A stretch of 64,000 nt of DNA from Candidatus Nealsonbacteria bacterium (GTDB lineage: Bacteria; Patescibacteriota; Minisyncoccia; Minisyncoccales; RBG-13-36-15): positions 128,334-192,333 of the forward strand of contig DRFQ01000009.1 of NCBI GenBank assembly GCA_011050465.1, read 5' to 3'. The notes beneath the pieces are model-generated. The model was given only the letters and a program-made list of their open reading frames with translations. It searched no databases and was not told the DNA's origin. The position numbers and the translations under genes were made by a program. This document shows, piece by piece, positions 52,559-61,861 of this stretch. Numbering within the stretch: position 1 is the first letter of the stretch; every line of letters starts with the position of its first letter.

Positions 52559-53467
52559 CTACCGGACATAATTTATCAGTTTCTTCATATCTTCAAAACG
52601 ATTATCTGATCTTAAAATAACATTTATAAAAATATTTTCTGTTCTTTTATCTTTAAGAACCAAAATTAAGCAGCCTTTTGCTTCTAGAGTATAACCTGTT
52701 TTACCACCAATTATTTCCGGGAATTCGTTGATGATTTCATTAGTAGTTAGAAGTTGATGATGAAAAACACCATCCAGATCATAAAGTTCAAACTCCGGAT
52801 TTACGGTAATCTCCCAGATTTCTGGTCTTTTATCCAGTAAATACCTGGCAAACTTTACTAAGTCTTGAACGGTTGAGTGATTTTCAGAATCGTAGCCTGC
52901 AGGATCTGTAAAATAAGTATTTTTTAAACCCAGATATTCAGCTTCGATATTCATTAAATCCACAAAAGCTTCTTTGCTCATTAATTCTGAAAGCGCATAA
53001 GCTGAATCATTGCTCGATTCAATGAGTGTAATGTATAGAAGGTTTTCTACTGATAATCTTTCCCCTACTTTGAGTTGGCCGAAATCTTCCGGTTGGGCGA
53101 CAGCTTCCTTGCTAATTCTTGCCATTTCAGAAGAATCATAATATTCCAGAGCAACAAAAGCTGTCATCAATTTAGTTAAAGAGGCAATCGGCAAAATTTC
53201 ATCAGAATTTTTCTCAAAAATAATCTTTTCATTACCTTGTTTGTCAATCTTAACCGAAATAACAGATTTAGCCTCAATCTCTGGGGTTTCTTTGTCCAGA
53301 TTCCTGGAAACTTGAAGATTGATTTGGGCCAATAATGGTTGGGAAGACAAACGATAAACTTCAGAAAATAAAAAATCTTCAAGATTGTCAGTCAAAATAT
53401 TCATGCCTGCCCAAATAAATATACTAGCCGAAAAAGCTATGAAAAAAAACTTTAAATTTCTACTCAT
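52559..53467 (-). CDS. serine-type D-Ala-D-Ala carboxypeptidase (PBP5 family)
   Basis: SLTKLMT (SxxK), SSND (SxN) and KTGYT (KTG). Confidence 0.87.
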   Translation of the reverse strand: MSRNLKFFFIAFSASIFIWAGMNILTDNLEDFLFSEVYRLSSQPLLAQINLQVSRNLDKETPEIEAKSVISVKIDKQGNEKIIFEKNSDEILPIASLTKLMTAFVALEYYDSSEMARISKEAVAQPEDFGQLKVGERLSVENLLYITLIESSNDSAYALSELMSKEAFVDLMNIEAEYLGLKNTYFTDPAGYDSENHSTVQDLVKFARYLLDKRPEIWEITVNPEFELYDLDGVFHHQLLTTNEIINEFPEIIGGKTGYTLEAKGCLILVLKDKRTENIFINVILRSDNRFEDMKKLINYVR

Positions 53468-53490
53468 AGAATATTCCCTCCTTTGCGATA

Positions 53491-54939
53491 TTATTTCTTC
53501 TTTCTTATTTCGATATGCAACTCTCTTAATTGTTCTTTTTCAACCTCTGACGGTACTCCCATCATTGGGTCTCTGGAGTCTCCTGTCTTTGGAAATGCCA
53601 TCGTTTCCCGAATATTCTTTTCATTTCTTAAAATCATCAATAATCTTTCCAATCCCAGGGCTATACCGCCGTGAGGAGGTACCCCATACTCAAAAGCTCT
53701 AAGTAGATGGCCAAATTTCTCTTTTATTTCTGGTTTTTTGTGACCCATTACTTCAAAAATTACTTCAAGTATTTCTGGTCGGTAAGATCTTAAGCTTCCC
53801 CCGCCAATTTCAGCGCCATTCAAAACAAAATCATACTGAAAAGCCAAAACTTTTTCGGGGTCTGCTTTAATTTTCCTGATATCATTTTCTTTAGGACGGG
53901 TAAATGGATGGTGACAAGCTACCCACCTTTTATCGTTCTTTGACCATTCAAACATCGGAAAGTCATAAACTATGACAAAAGCCAGTTCCTCTGAATTTTT
54001 TTTATTTTTTCTTAAATCTGGCCTGTCGGTCTTGTATTTTTTTATTACTTCTTTATAAGTTAATTTTGGGAAGGGAATTTTTAGAATTCTCTTTTCTGGA
54101 AAAGTTTTTCTAACTATATGAATATAAAGATTCTCAATCAATTTTAAAATATCCTTTTGTTCAATAAACGACATCTCAATATCTATCTGGGTAAATTCTG
54201 CCTGGCGGTCGGCCCGAGGGTCTTCATCTCTAAAACATCTGGCTATTTGAAAATATTTTTCAATTCCGCCAACTATTAAAAGCTGCTTGTATTGCTGAGG
54301 GCTTTGAGGCAAGGCATAGAATCTCCCGGGCTGTAATCTCGAAGGAACTAGAAAATCTCTTGCCCCTTCTGGGGTAGATTTGGTTAAAATCGGCGTTTCA
54401 ACTTCAATAAAATCTTCATTAAATAGAAATTCCCTCGTTGCCTGAATTACTCTTTGTCGAGAGATTAAATTCTCTTTCATTCTTTCTCTTCTTAAATCTA
54501 AATAACGGTATTTTAATCTTTTTTCTTCTGAAATTTCGTAACCGGAAGTTTCAATAGAAAAAGGTAAGGTTTTAGCTTTTGAAAAAACTTCTAACCTTTC
54601 GGGTTTGAATTCAACCTGGCCGGTTTCAATTTTGGGATTTACCATTCCAGGTGGCCTCTTTTGAACTTTACCCTCTATACCAATCACCCACTCTGATCTC
54701 AAGCTTTTTGCCAGCTCATAGAGATTCTCTTGTCTGGGGTCTTGCCCTGAGCCATTCGGTACTGAGCTCATGGCCGAAGTGCTTGTCGAAGGGGTAAAAA
54801 TTACTTGTAAAAAACCCGACCTGTCTCTTAGATCAACAAAAATGATTTTACCGTGAGATCTCACGGTATTAATCCAACCTGCAACTTTTACCTTTTTCCC
54901 TAAGTATTTTGGAGTTTCTTTGTTAAGAATTCTTTTCAT
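53491..54939 (-). CDS. aspS: aspartate--tRNA ligase (compact type) with an in-frame repeat-encoded insertion
   Basis: FRDEDPRADRQAEFTQIDIEMSF (motif 2) and GGIALGLERL (motif 3). Start at ATG 54939 (TATAAT-N6-ATG). Confidence 0.92.
   Translation of the reverse strand: MKRILNKETPKYLGKKVKVAGWINTVRSHGKIIFVDLRDRSGFLQVIFTPSTSTSAMSSVPNGSGQDPRQENLYELAKSLRSEWVIGIEGKVQKRPPGMVNPKIETGQVEFKPERLEVFSKAKTLPFSIETSGYEISEEKRLKYRYLDLRRERMKENLISRQRVIQATREFLFNEDFIEVETPILTKSTPEGARDFLVPSRLQPGRFYALPQSPQQYKQLLIVGGIEKYFQIARCFRDEDPRADRQAEFTQIDIEMSFIEQKDILKLIENLYIHIVRKTFPEKRILKIPFPKLTYKEVIKKYKTDRPDLRKNKKNSEELAFVIVYDFPMFEWSKNDKRWVACHHPFTRPKENDIRKIKADPEKVLAFQYDFVLNGAEIGGGSLRSYRPEILEVIFEVMGHKKPEIKEKFGHLLRAFEYGVPPHGGIALGLERLLMILRNEKNIRETMAFPKTGDSRDPMMGVPSEVEKEQLRELHIEIRKKK
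54741..54794. repeat. GC-rich mini-repeat, split copy with a nested 29-nt insert, inside aspS
   Basis: CTTGCCCTGAG-[CCATTCGGTACTGAGCTCATGGCCGAAGT]-GCTTGTCGAAGGGG encodes PSTSTSAMSSVPNGSGQ on the coding strand. Confidence 0.75.
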
Positions 54940-55054
54940 TGGCTCATTATAACGCAAGATTTTTGGGATATCAAGCATGATTTACCGGTAAAAAGAGCGC
55001 CTTTTGACGCTCTTTTTTGTTTATTTTATATAAAAACTAAGGCTCAGGTAAAGT

Positions 55055-55513
55055 CTATAGGAATTTCTTTCTTTTTGAATAATCTTCTTCCCCTTTTATG
55101 CCGAGTTCTCTGGCAACCTTTGGATCGATATTGGTTGTAAAGAGTTTTTTAATTTCTTCTGGTTGGACCCATTTAATTTCGGCTACCTCGTGGGGTTCTG
55201 AAGGCTTGGCAATGGATTTTGGTTTAATTAACCTGCAGTAATGATACACAATAAAAACATCAAAGTGAGGATGAGATCTTAAAGATATTTCTTTAATCGA
55301 TTCAACGTCATAGCCGGTCTCGGCCAATATCTCTCTTTTAACGCATTCTGTTCTGGTCTCTTTTAGTTTTTGTCTGCCCCCGGGAAAAGCCCAGGTTAAA
55401 ATCGAACCGTCGTTGCCGGTTTCTTGTATAACTCGGCGGATTATCAAAACCTCTTTCCTGTTATTAGCAACTACTCCCAAATTAATAAAATCTTCAATTT
55501 CTAAATCTTCCAT
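55055..55513 (-). CDS. Nudix hydrolase
   Basis: GGRQKLKETRTECVKREILAETGY (Nudix box). Confidence 0.87.
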   Translation of the reverse strand: MEDLEIEDFINLGVVANNRKEVLIIRRVIQETGNDGSILTWAFPGGRQKLKETRTECVKREILAETGYDVESIKEISLRSHPHFDVFIVYHYCRLIKPKSIAKPSEPHEVAEIKWVQPEEIKKLFTTNIDPKVARELGIKGEEDYSKRKKFL

Positions 55514-55556
55514 AATTTAGTTTACCCCGTACTTTTACAAGCAAAAAGTGCGGGGT

Positions 55557-57107
55557 CTATTTTTCTCTTTCTAAAATAAAGTCTGCCAGTTTTTTCAAGG
55601 TAGTATTCCATTCGTTCTTCGGCAGAATATCCAAAGAATCTTTTGCTTTTTGAACAAATTTCTTGCCCAACCGATAAGCTTTCTGCCTGCTATTTGTTTC
55701 TCTGATTAATTGTATTGCTTTTTTAACATCCTTTTTATTAATTCTATTTTTTTTTATTATTTTAAAAAGTTTATTTTTACCGGCCGTATTCAGTTCTTTT
55801 AGGGATAAAAGAATAACGATATTCCCTCCCTTTCTTTCTTCAATGTCTTTACCTACCTTTTTGCCAAAAGATTTTTCTTTTCCAAAGATATCTAAAATAT
55901 CGTCTTGAATTTGAAAAGCCATCCCAAAGTTAAAACCATATTTCTTTAAGGCCTCTGTCTCTTTCTTTTTAGCTCCAGCTACTATTCCTCCCAATTCACA
56001 GCAAGTCCGGAACAAAGAGGCTGTTTTTTCACCGATCATCTTAAAATAATCTTTTTCAGTAATTTTTCGATAACGATTCTTTACAACATAAAGCTCGTTT
56101 TCTCTGCCTGATTTTTCAAATAAAATATCTAATATCTCTCCCCCCATAACAATCTTTAAGGTTTTAGCTAAAAGCTCAGATATCAGAGCTGATTTTTTGG
56201 ATTTACCTGTTGTCTGGAAAATAGCAGCTGAATAATTTACTCCTATACATTCGGCAATAGATTTTCCAAATTTTGCCCAAGTGGTTGGCTTTCCCCGTCT
56301 TAAATTACTGTTATCAATTATATCGTCAACAATTAAAGTCATATTGTGTAAAATTTCCAGGCTGGCGGCAGGATATAAAACATCTTTTAATTTTCCGCCA
56401 AGCATCTTACAGGAAATTATAGCCAAGGCCGGTCTTAGTCTTTTTCCGCCAGTTGAAATCTGATAACTGACAATTTTTTTAAATTTTTTATCAACATTAG
56501 AAACCAAAACTCTTTCAATGGCAGGATTAACAGTCTTTGTGAGTTTAATTAGAATCGAATTCAACTTTTTTTTATCTATTTTTTCACCTAAAATATTCTT
56601 CTTTTTCAAATATATTCTGAAACCAATCTTTAGCCAGGGAGTATATTTTCTAGGACTATTTTCAATATCTTTTTGAAGCCCGGGAACATCCAACCATTTC
56701 CAATCAGCAATCTCTTCGGGATTAGGTTTAATCTTTTTTTTGTTATATTCTCCCACTAACAAAGCGCATACTTCGTTTTCTGATCCTGTATTCTTATATT
56801 GAGCCTGATATTGGAATTTATCTATTAGTCTAAGAGGGCAAGTCAATCTTAACTCTTTTTTAAGCCTCTTCTCTCCCGTCCTCTCATAATTCTCATCCTT
56901 GAAAGGATGGCTGCTGCAGGCATTATCCCAGAATAAAGGCCAAAGTCTTTTAAATTTACTTCTTCTGGAAAGTAAAATTTGCCCTTTGTTATTAAAAATT
57001 AAAATGGAAAAACCCCGATGCAAGATCCCATTATTGTCATGACATTTTTCTTTGTCCTCGGTTCCTATAATCTCGTCTCTTTTGTTTACAATTAATATTT
57101 TTGCCAT
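55557..57107 (-). CDS. fusion of type-1 isopentenyl-diphosphate isomerase and polyprenyl diphosphate synthase
   Basis: N-terminus: LHRGFSILIFN...WDNACSSHP (IDI-1). C-terminus: LIVDDIIDN (FARM) and FQIQDDILD (SARM). Confidence 0.85.
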   Translation of the reverse strand: MAKILIVNKRDEIIGTEDKEKCHDNNGILHRGFSILIFNNKGQILLSRRSKFKRLWPLFWDNACSSHPFKDENYERTGEKRLKKELRLTCPLRLIDKFQYQAQYKNTGSENEVCALLVGEYNKKKIKPNPEEIADWKWLDVPGLQKDIENSPRKYTPWLKIGFRIYLKKKNILGEKIDKKKLNSILIKLTKTVNPAIERVLVSNVDKKFKKIVSYQISTGGKRLRPALAIISCKMLGGKLKDVLYPAASLEILHNMTLIVDDIIDNSNLRRGKPTTWAKFGKSIAECIGVNYSAAIFQTTGKSKKSALISELLAKTLKIVMGGEILDILFEKSGRENELYVVKNRYRKITEKDYFKMIGEKTASLFRTCCELGGIVAGAKKKETEALKKYGFNFGMAFQIQDDILDIFGKEKSFGKKVGKDIEERKGGNIVILLSLKELNTAGKNKLFKIIKKNRINKKDVKKAIQLIRETNSRQKAYRLGKKFVQKAKDSLDILPKNEWNTTLKKLADFILEREK

Positions 57108-57244
57108 AAAGCTGTTGTCTAATTTATCTTAGCAATTTACCGCGTATTTTGAAAGCCAAAGTGCGGAATTGGTTGGAAAAATAAAAAGAGGACCTCAGGG
57201 TCCTCTTTAGCCAAAACGCGCAATTATTTTCTTCTCCTTTTTTG

Positions 57245-57379
57245 TTAAAGGATTTTCTTTGGTTTTTCTTGCTTATTGTGATTTCCTACAAATAAAAGAC
57301 ACAAGAAATATCCTCCAAGGAAACCTATTACTATTCCGATCCAAAAATTACTATGGTCTTTTTTCGGCTTCGAGTTCAA
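57245..57379 (-). CDS. possible 44-aa single-TM peptide
   Basis: TTG start 5 nt after AAAGGAGGG. (M)NSKPKKDHSNFWIGIVIGFLGGYFLCLLFVGNHNKQEKPKKIL. Confidence 0.3.
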   Translation of the reverse strand: MNSKPKKDHSNFWIGIVIGFLGGYFLCLLFVGNHNKQEKPKKIL

Positions 57380-57447
57380 TTTAGCCCTCCTTTCCTTTTG
57401 TCCGTTGTCCTCCCTAATGAGCTATTTCAACCATCCTTAAAAGAAAG

Positions 57448-57523
57448 TTGACCCCGTAGAAAAATTTTGACTAATTGTTTGCTTTGCTGTTCCGCAGCAG
57501 TCAAAATTTCTCTACGGGGTCAA
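57448..57523. repeat. 25-bp-arm inverted repeat with a 26-nt loop
   Basis: TTGACCCCGTAGAAAAATTTTGACT ... AGTCAAAATTTCTCTACGGGGTCAA (24/25), followed by a C9 run. Confidence 0.85.
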
Positions 57524-57553
57524 TCCCCCCCCCACACTGATAAAACGCAATAC

Positions 57554-57676
57554 TTATTCTTTTTCCTCTCCTGCTTTATTCTCAATACCGGCTTTAACTC
57601 CTTTTTGGCGATACCGCCAGTAACCGAGCGAAACAACGATAACTACTAAAACAAAAATAATTAATGGCAAATCCAT
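57554..57676 (-). CDS. possible 40-aa single-TM peptide
   Basis: MDLPLIIFVLVVIVVSLGYWRYRQKGVKAGIENKAGEEKE. Confidence 0.35.
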   Translation of the reverse strand: MDLPLIIFVLVVIVVSLGYWRYRQKGVKAGIENKAGEEKE

Positions 57677-57704
57677 AAAATTCGTTTATTTATTAATCTA
57701 TTTT

Positions 57705-57854
57705 TTAAATTGTTGGAGGCTCTGAAGGCTGCTGAGGAAATTCTGGGCCCTTAGGCGTTCTCCCTTTTCTCTTGACTATCAGAAAATAAACCACTATTGC
57801 AATTATGACCAACGCTATGATTATTCCAATAATAGGAGTAATAAGTTCTACCAT
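57705..57854 (-). CDS. small single-TM protein (49 aa)
   Basis: Track ORF trimmed from its TTG to ATG 57854. MVELITPIIGIIIALVIIAIVVYFLIVKRKGR... Confidence 0.4.
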   Translation of the reverse strand: MVELITPIIGIIIALVIIAIVVYFLIVKRKGRTPKGPEFPQQPSEPPTI

Positions 57855-58019
57855 GTTTAACGTTTTACCCAAATTTTTGCTTTCAGATAAAAACTTGGAC
57901 TTAATTGACAAAATAAATCAACCTTTATTCTATTCTCTCTTTATTATTAGAGGCTGTCAACTCCTTTAAAGTAACTACAGCTCTGTTTTTTTGAACTTTA
58001 TTGTCTGGAGAAAAAGTTC

Positions 58020-59393
58020 TTAGAATTTATTAACTAATGTATAAATATCGCCTGCGCCCATTATTAAAATAATATCTTCCGGTTTTACTTTTTTTCTTAA
58101 AAATTGAGGTATTTTCCGGAAATTTTCAATAAAGTGGGCACTCTCCCCTCTTTTTTTAAGGGAACTGGCTAATTTTTTTATGCTCACTTTTTTTGAAATT
58201 TTTTTTGTCTCACGACCGGCTACATCATAGACTGCGGTTAAAATAATTTCATCTGCTAAATCGAAAGCTTTAACAAATTCATTAAAAAAATAATAAGTCC
58301 TTTGATATTGGTGAGGCTGAAAAATAACCCAGATTTTCCGCTTTCTAAACTTTTCTCTGGCAGCTTTCAGAGTGGCTCTAATCTCTGTTGGATGATGAGC
58401 GTAATCCGAAATGATTGTTAATTTCCGTCCGTCAAAATCTGTTTGTATAACCTCGAAACGTCGCCAGGCCCCATTATATTCTGACAACGCTTCGTAAGCA
58501 ATCTTATCTGAGACTTTCAGCACCCTGGCAACGGCCAAGGCAGCTAAAGCGTTAGAGACGTTATGGTCTCCGAAAACTTTCAGAGTCTTTTTCATTTTTT
58601 TTGCTTCTTTTTGTTTAAGCGAATAGAAAATATTTGGCTTCCTGTTCTTTGTCGCTAATCGATAAACATTCTCATCATTTCTGTTGGATACCAAGATTCC
58701 ATCTTCTGGCAAACGACTGATATATTTTTTGTAAGTTCTAAGGATATGGGTTAGATTTTTGAAATAATCAAGATGTTCTCTTTCAATGTTGGTTAAAACA
58801 ATAATTTTGGGAAAATAATTTAAAAAAGAAGCCTGCCATTCATCGGCTTCAATGACTAAATATTTATCTATCTGGCGAGAAACCGACCTGCCCCGTAGCT
58901 CGCCGGAGGCGATGGTATGGGGAGGTTTTCCTCCGGGGAATTGGCCCATTCTAAAATTACTGTTGCCAAATTCTTTCAACTTTGTTCCTAAAATTACGGT
59001 AGGATTTAAACCTGCTTTAATTAAAATTAAAGCAATCATTGCTACGGTTGTGCTTTTGCCGTGGGTGCCGGAAACAGCTATTGTAAAATATCCTTTCGTA
59101 ATCTCGCCTAGGGCTCGAGGATAAGACTTAGTTTTTAATTTATAGCTCTTGGCTTTTAGTAATTCTGGATTATTCGAGCTCACAGCCGGGCTATAAATTA
59201 CCAAATCAATATCTTTTGAAATATTTGTTTCTTTGTGCTTGCCGATGTAAATTTTAACCCTCTGTTTTCTCAAAAAGTCTGTAATTTCTGAAGAAACCAA
59301 ATCAGAGCCGGTAACTGTGTCTCCTTTTTTCAGGAAATATTGAGCCAACGCCGAAACACCGATACCCCCAATGCCAATAAAATGAACTTTCAT
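58020..59393 (-). CDS. murC: UDP-N-acetylmuramate--L-alanine ligase
   Basis: HFIGIGGIGVSALA and VSGTHGKSTT. Confidence 0.92.
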   Translation of the reverse strand: MKVHFIGIGGIGVSALAQYFLKKGDTVTGSDLVSSEITDFLRKQRVKIYIGKHKETNISKDIDLVIYSPAVSSNNPELLKAKSYKLKTKSYPRALGEITKGYFTIAVSGTHGKSTTVAMIALILIKAGLNPTVILGTKLKEFGNSNFRMGQFPGGKPPHTIASGELRGRSVSRQIDKYLVIEADEWQASFLNYFPKIIVLTNIEREHLDYFKNLTHILRTYKKYISRLPEDGILVSNRNDENVYRLATKNRKPNIFYSLKQKEAKKMKKTLKVFGDHNVSNALAALAVARVLKVSDKIAYEALSEYNGAWRRFEVIQTDFDGRKLTIISDYAHHPTEIRATLKAAREKFRKRKIWVIFQPHQYQRTYYFFNEFVKAFDLADEIILTAVYDVAGRETKKISKKVSIKKLASSLKKRGESAHFIENFRKIPQFLRKKVKPEDIILIMGAGDIYTLVNKF

Positions 59394-59410
59394 AGGTTAT
59401 AAGTTAAAAA

Positions 59411-59983
59411 TCATGATTTTAGCGGACAGGCTTCTAAGATAATATATTCTGCCCCTCCCCTCTTTAATCGGCTTTCCATTACTTCAATCGACCTAACTTC
59501 AAAGCTTAAGGAAAGTTCTTCTTCTACCGTTATTCTCTCTTCTGGCTCAATCTGACACCATTCCCATTGCCTTATTCTTCCTAAAGTAATATGAGGTGAA
59601 AATGCCCGAATGTCTGTTTTAAGATGATTTAGATTAGGCATTGTTAATAGCTCTTTTTCTAAATTATCTTTCAGCTTGGCTAATTCTAAAGATTTTTCGC
59701 CTAAAATCCAGACCATTCGCGGTGGAGTTTTTCCCGGAGGACCATAACAAACTTCTTTTAATTTTATTGAAAAAGGAGCAGTTCTTTGAACTATTTCTTT
59801 AGTAGTTTTGCATACTTCTGCTATTTCTTCGTCTTTAAGGTGACCAAGAAAAATTAAAGTAATGTGTAAATTGTCCTTCTTCACCCAACGGATTGGCAAA
59901 TTTCCCAATCTTTTCTGCTGGGCTAAGAATTGTTCTTTAATGTCTTTTGGCAGGTTGACTGCTATGAAAATTCGATGGATCAT
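59411..59983 (-). CDS. thpR: RNA 2',3'-cyclic phosphodiesterase (2H family, LigT/ThpR)
   Basis: Two HxT motifs: HITLIFLG and HITLGR. Confidence 0.87.
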   Translation of the reverse strand: MIHRIFIAVNLPKDIKEQFLAQQKRLGNLPIRWVKKDNLHITLIFLGHLKDEEIAEVCKTTKEIVQRTAPFSIKLKEVCYGPPGKTPPRMVWILGEKSLELAKLKDNLEKELLTMPNLNHLKTDIRAFSPHITLGRIRQWEWCQIEPEERITVEEELSLSFEVRSIEVMESRLKRGGAEYIILEACPLKS

Positions 59984-60204
59984 GTCTTTATATCTTTATT
60001 TTTACCTTTAAATTATACCTTATCTATGTTAAAATTAAAATAGTTAGAGCAGAAAGACCATGGATTATGGAGGAAGATCTATTATATAAAAACCTAAGTA
60101 AAAAAAATGGTTCAGAAGAGAAAATTATCTTAAAACTACTCAAGGTCGTAAATTTTTAAAATTATTGGAATAGAAAAATTCTATTCGAAATTCCTCTACT
60201 GGGT

Positions 60205-60873
60205 ATGGCCAATAAAGAGCTTGTTAAAATATTCAATGAAATCGCCAAGCTTTTGGAAGTAAAAGGGACGGCTTTTAAACCGGCGGCTTATCGTCGAGCG
60301 GCCAAAGCCCTGGAAAATTTGGAAAAAGATATTTCTTTGATTTATAAGGAAAAAGGTATTAAAGGTATTAAGAAAATAACCAGGATTGGAGAAAGTACTG
60401 CCAAGAAAATTGAAGAATACTTGAAAAAGGGGAAAATTAGATATTTTGAAGAGTTAAAAGAGGAAACTGCTATTCGGCAGATTATTACTCATTATTTCGA
60501 AACTAAAGGTCTTTCTTTGAAGGAACTTAAAAAAAACGCCAAAAAGAAAAAAATAATTTACTCAAGATTTACCAGACCGGCCAAACAACTCTTGGAATTG
60601 GCAGGTTCTGTAAAAAAAGCAAAAGAAGCTATTAGTAAAGTCGCTCAATGGGCAACATCAAGAAATTTAGATTATGCCATTGAAACCGTTTTTAAAAAAT
60701 GGCTGGAATTGGACAAATTAAAACCAAAAGAAATAGTCAAGAAGCCCTATTTCCAAGAAAACCCTATGGTTTGGTCAGAGACCAAAAGGAAATGGTATGT
60801 CATTGATGAAGGCGGGAATTGGTTAGAATTTGCCGGGAAAGAATCGGAAGTTGAGTGGCGAATTGTAAAATAA
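60205..60873 (+). CDS. helix-hairpin-helix protein resembling the PolX N-terminal (8-kDa/fingers) region
   Basis: NKELVKIFNEIAKLLEVKG..FKPAAYRRAAKALE...ITRIGESTAKKIEEYL. No polymerase palm domain. Confidence 0.55.
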   Translation: MANKELVKIFNEIAKLLEVKGTAFKPAAYRRAAKALENLEKDISLIYKEKGIKGIKKITRIGESTAKKIEEYLKKGKIRYFEELKEETAIRQIITHYFETKGLSLKELKKNAKKKKIIYSRFTRPAKQLLELAGSVKKAKEAISKVAQWATSRNLDYAIETVFKKWLELDKLKPKEIVKKPYFQENPMVWSETKRKWYVIDEGGNWLEFAGKESEVEWRIVK

Positions 60874-60899
60874 CCTCCTAATTAGTGATAATGTTTAGT

Positions 60900-61859
60900 A
60901 TGACCAGTAAACCAAAAATTATTTTTATTGGAACTCCTAAGTTTGGGGCAATTATTTTGGATGGATTGATTCAAGATAATCTTAAACCTGTTTTAGTGGT
61001 AACGGCTCCCGACAAACCGGTTGGCCGGAAACAGATTTTAACTCCTTCGCCAGTAAAAGTTCTGGCAGAAAAATATGAAATTTCAGTTTTACAGCCAAAA
61101 AAGCTATTAACGGTCGCAAGGGAACTATCGGCAGTAAATCCCGATCTAATCATTGTTGCGGCTTACGGACAGATTCTTTCAAAAGAAATTTTAGAAATAC
61201 CAAAATATGGCTCTCTAAATCTTCACCCTTCCCTACTCCCTCGCTGGCGAGGAGCTTCTCCTGTTCAATCTACAATTCTGGCCGGAGATAAAGAAACGGG
61301 AACAACAATAATACTAATGAATAACAAAATGGACCATGGGCCAATTATAGCCGGCGGAAAATTAAGAATAAAAAACGAGAAATGGACTTATAGAAAACTG
61401 GAGGAAGAATTAGCTAATTTAGGGGCAGAACTATTGATAAAAACTATTCCAAAATGGATAAAAGAAGAAATAAAGCCCGCCGTCCAAAATGAAGCTGATG
61501 CAACTTATACTAAAATTATAAGAAAAGAGGACGGAAGAATTGATTGGAAAAAACCAGCTCAAGAAATTGAGAGGCAGATTAGAGCTTTCGAAAAATGGCC
61601 GGGAAGTTTCTGTTTCTGGCCAAAAAATGGTCAAAACATAAGATTTAAAATCCTAAAAGCTGAAACTCTGATACAGAGCTCTCATGGTCCATTTGGCGCC
61701 TTGGGAAAAACTTTTCAGGCTTCTAATAATAAAATTGCCGTTCAAACTGGTAAAGATTTTCTGATTATTGAAGAACTGCAGCCCGAAAGTAAAAAACCTC
61801 AAAGATCGGAAGATTTTTTAAGAGGTCATCCTGATTTTGTCGGAATAATATTAGAATAA
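60900..61859 (+). CDS. fmt: methionyl-tRNA formyltransferase
   Basis: IIFIGTPKFG and NLHPSLLPRWRGASPV. The track ORF begins at GTG 60885; ATG 60900 fits the family N-terminus. Confidence 0.92.
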   Translation: MTSKPKIIFIGTPKFGAIILDGLIQDNLKPVLVVTAPDKPVGRKQILTPSPVKVLAEKYEISVLQPKKLLTVARELSAVNPDLIIVAAYGQILSKEILEIPKYGSLNLHPSLLPRWRGASPVQSTILAGDKETGTTIILMNNKMDHGPIIAGGKLRIKNEKWTYRKLEEELANLGAELLIKTIPKWIKEEIKPAVQNEADATYTKIIRKEDGRIDWKKPAQEIERQIRAFEKWPGSFCFWPKNGQNIRFKILKAETLIQSSHGPFGALGKTFQASNNKIAVQTGKDFLIIEELQPESKKPQRSEDFLRGHPDFVGIILE

Positions 61860-61861
61860 TT

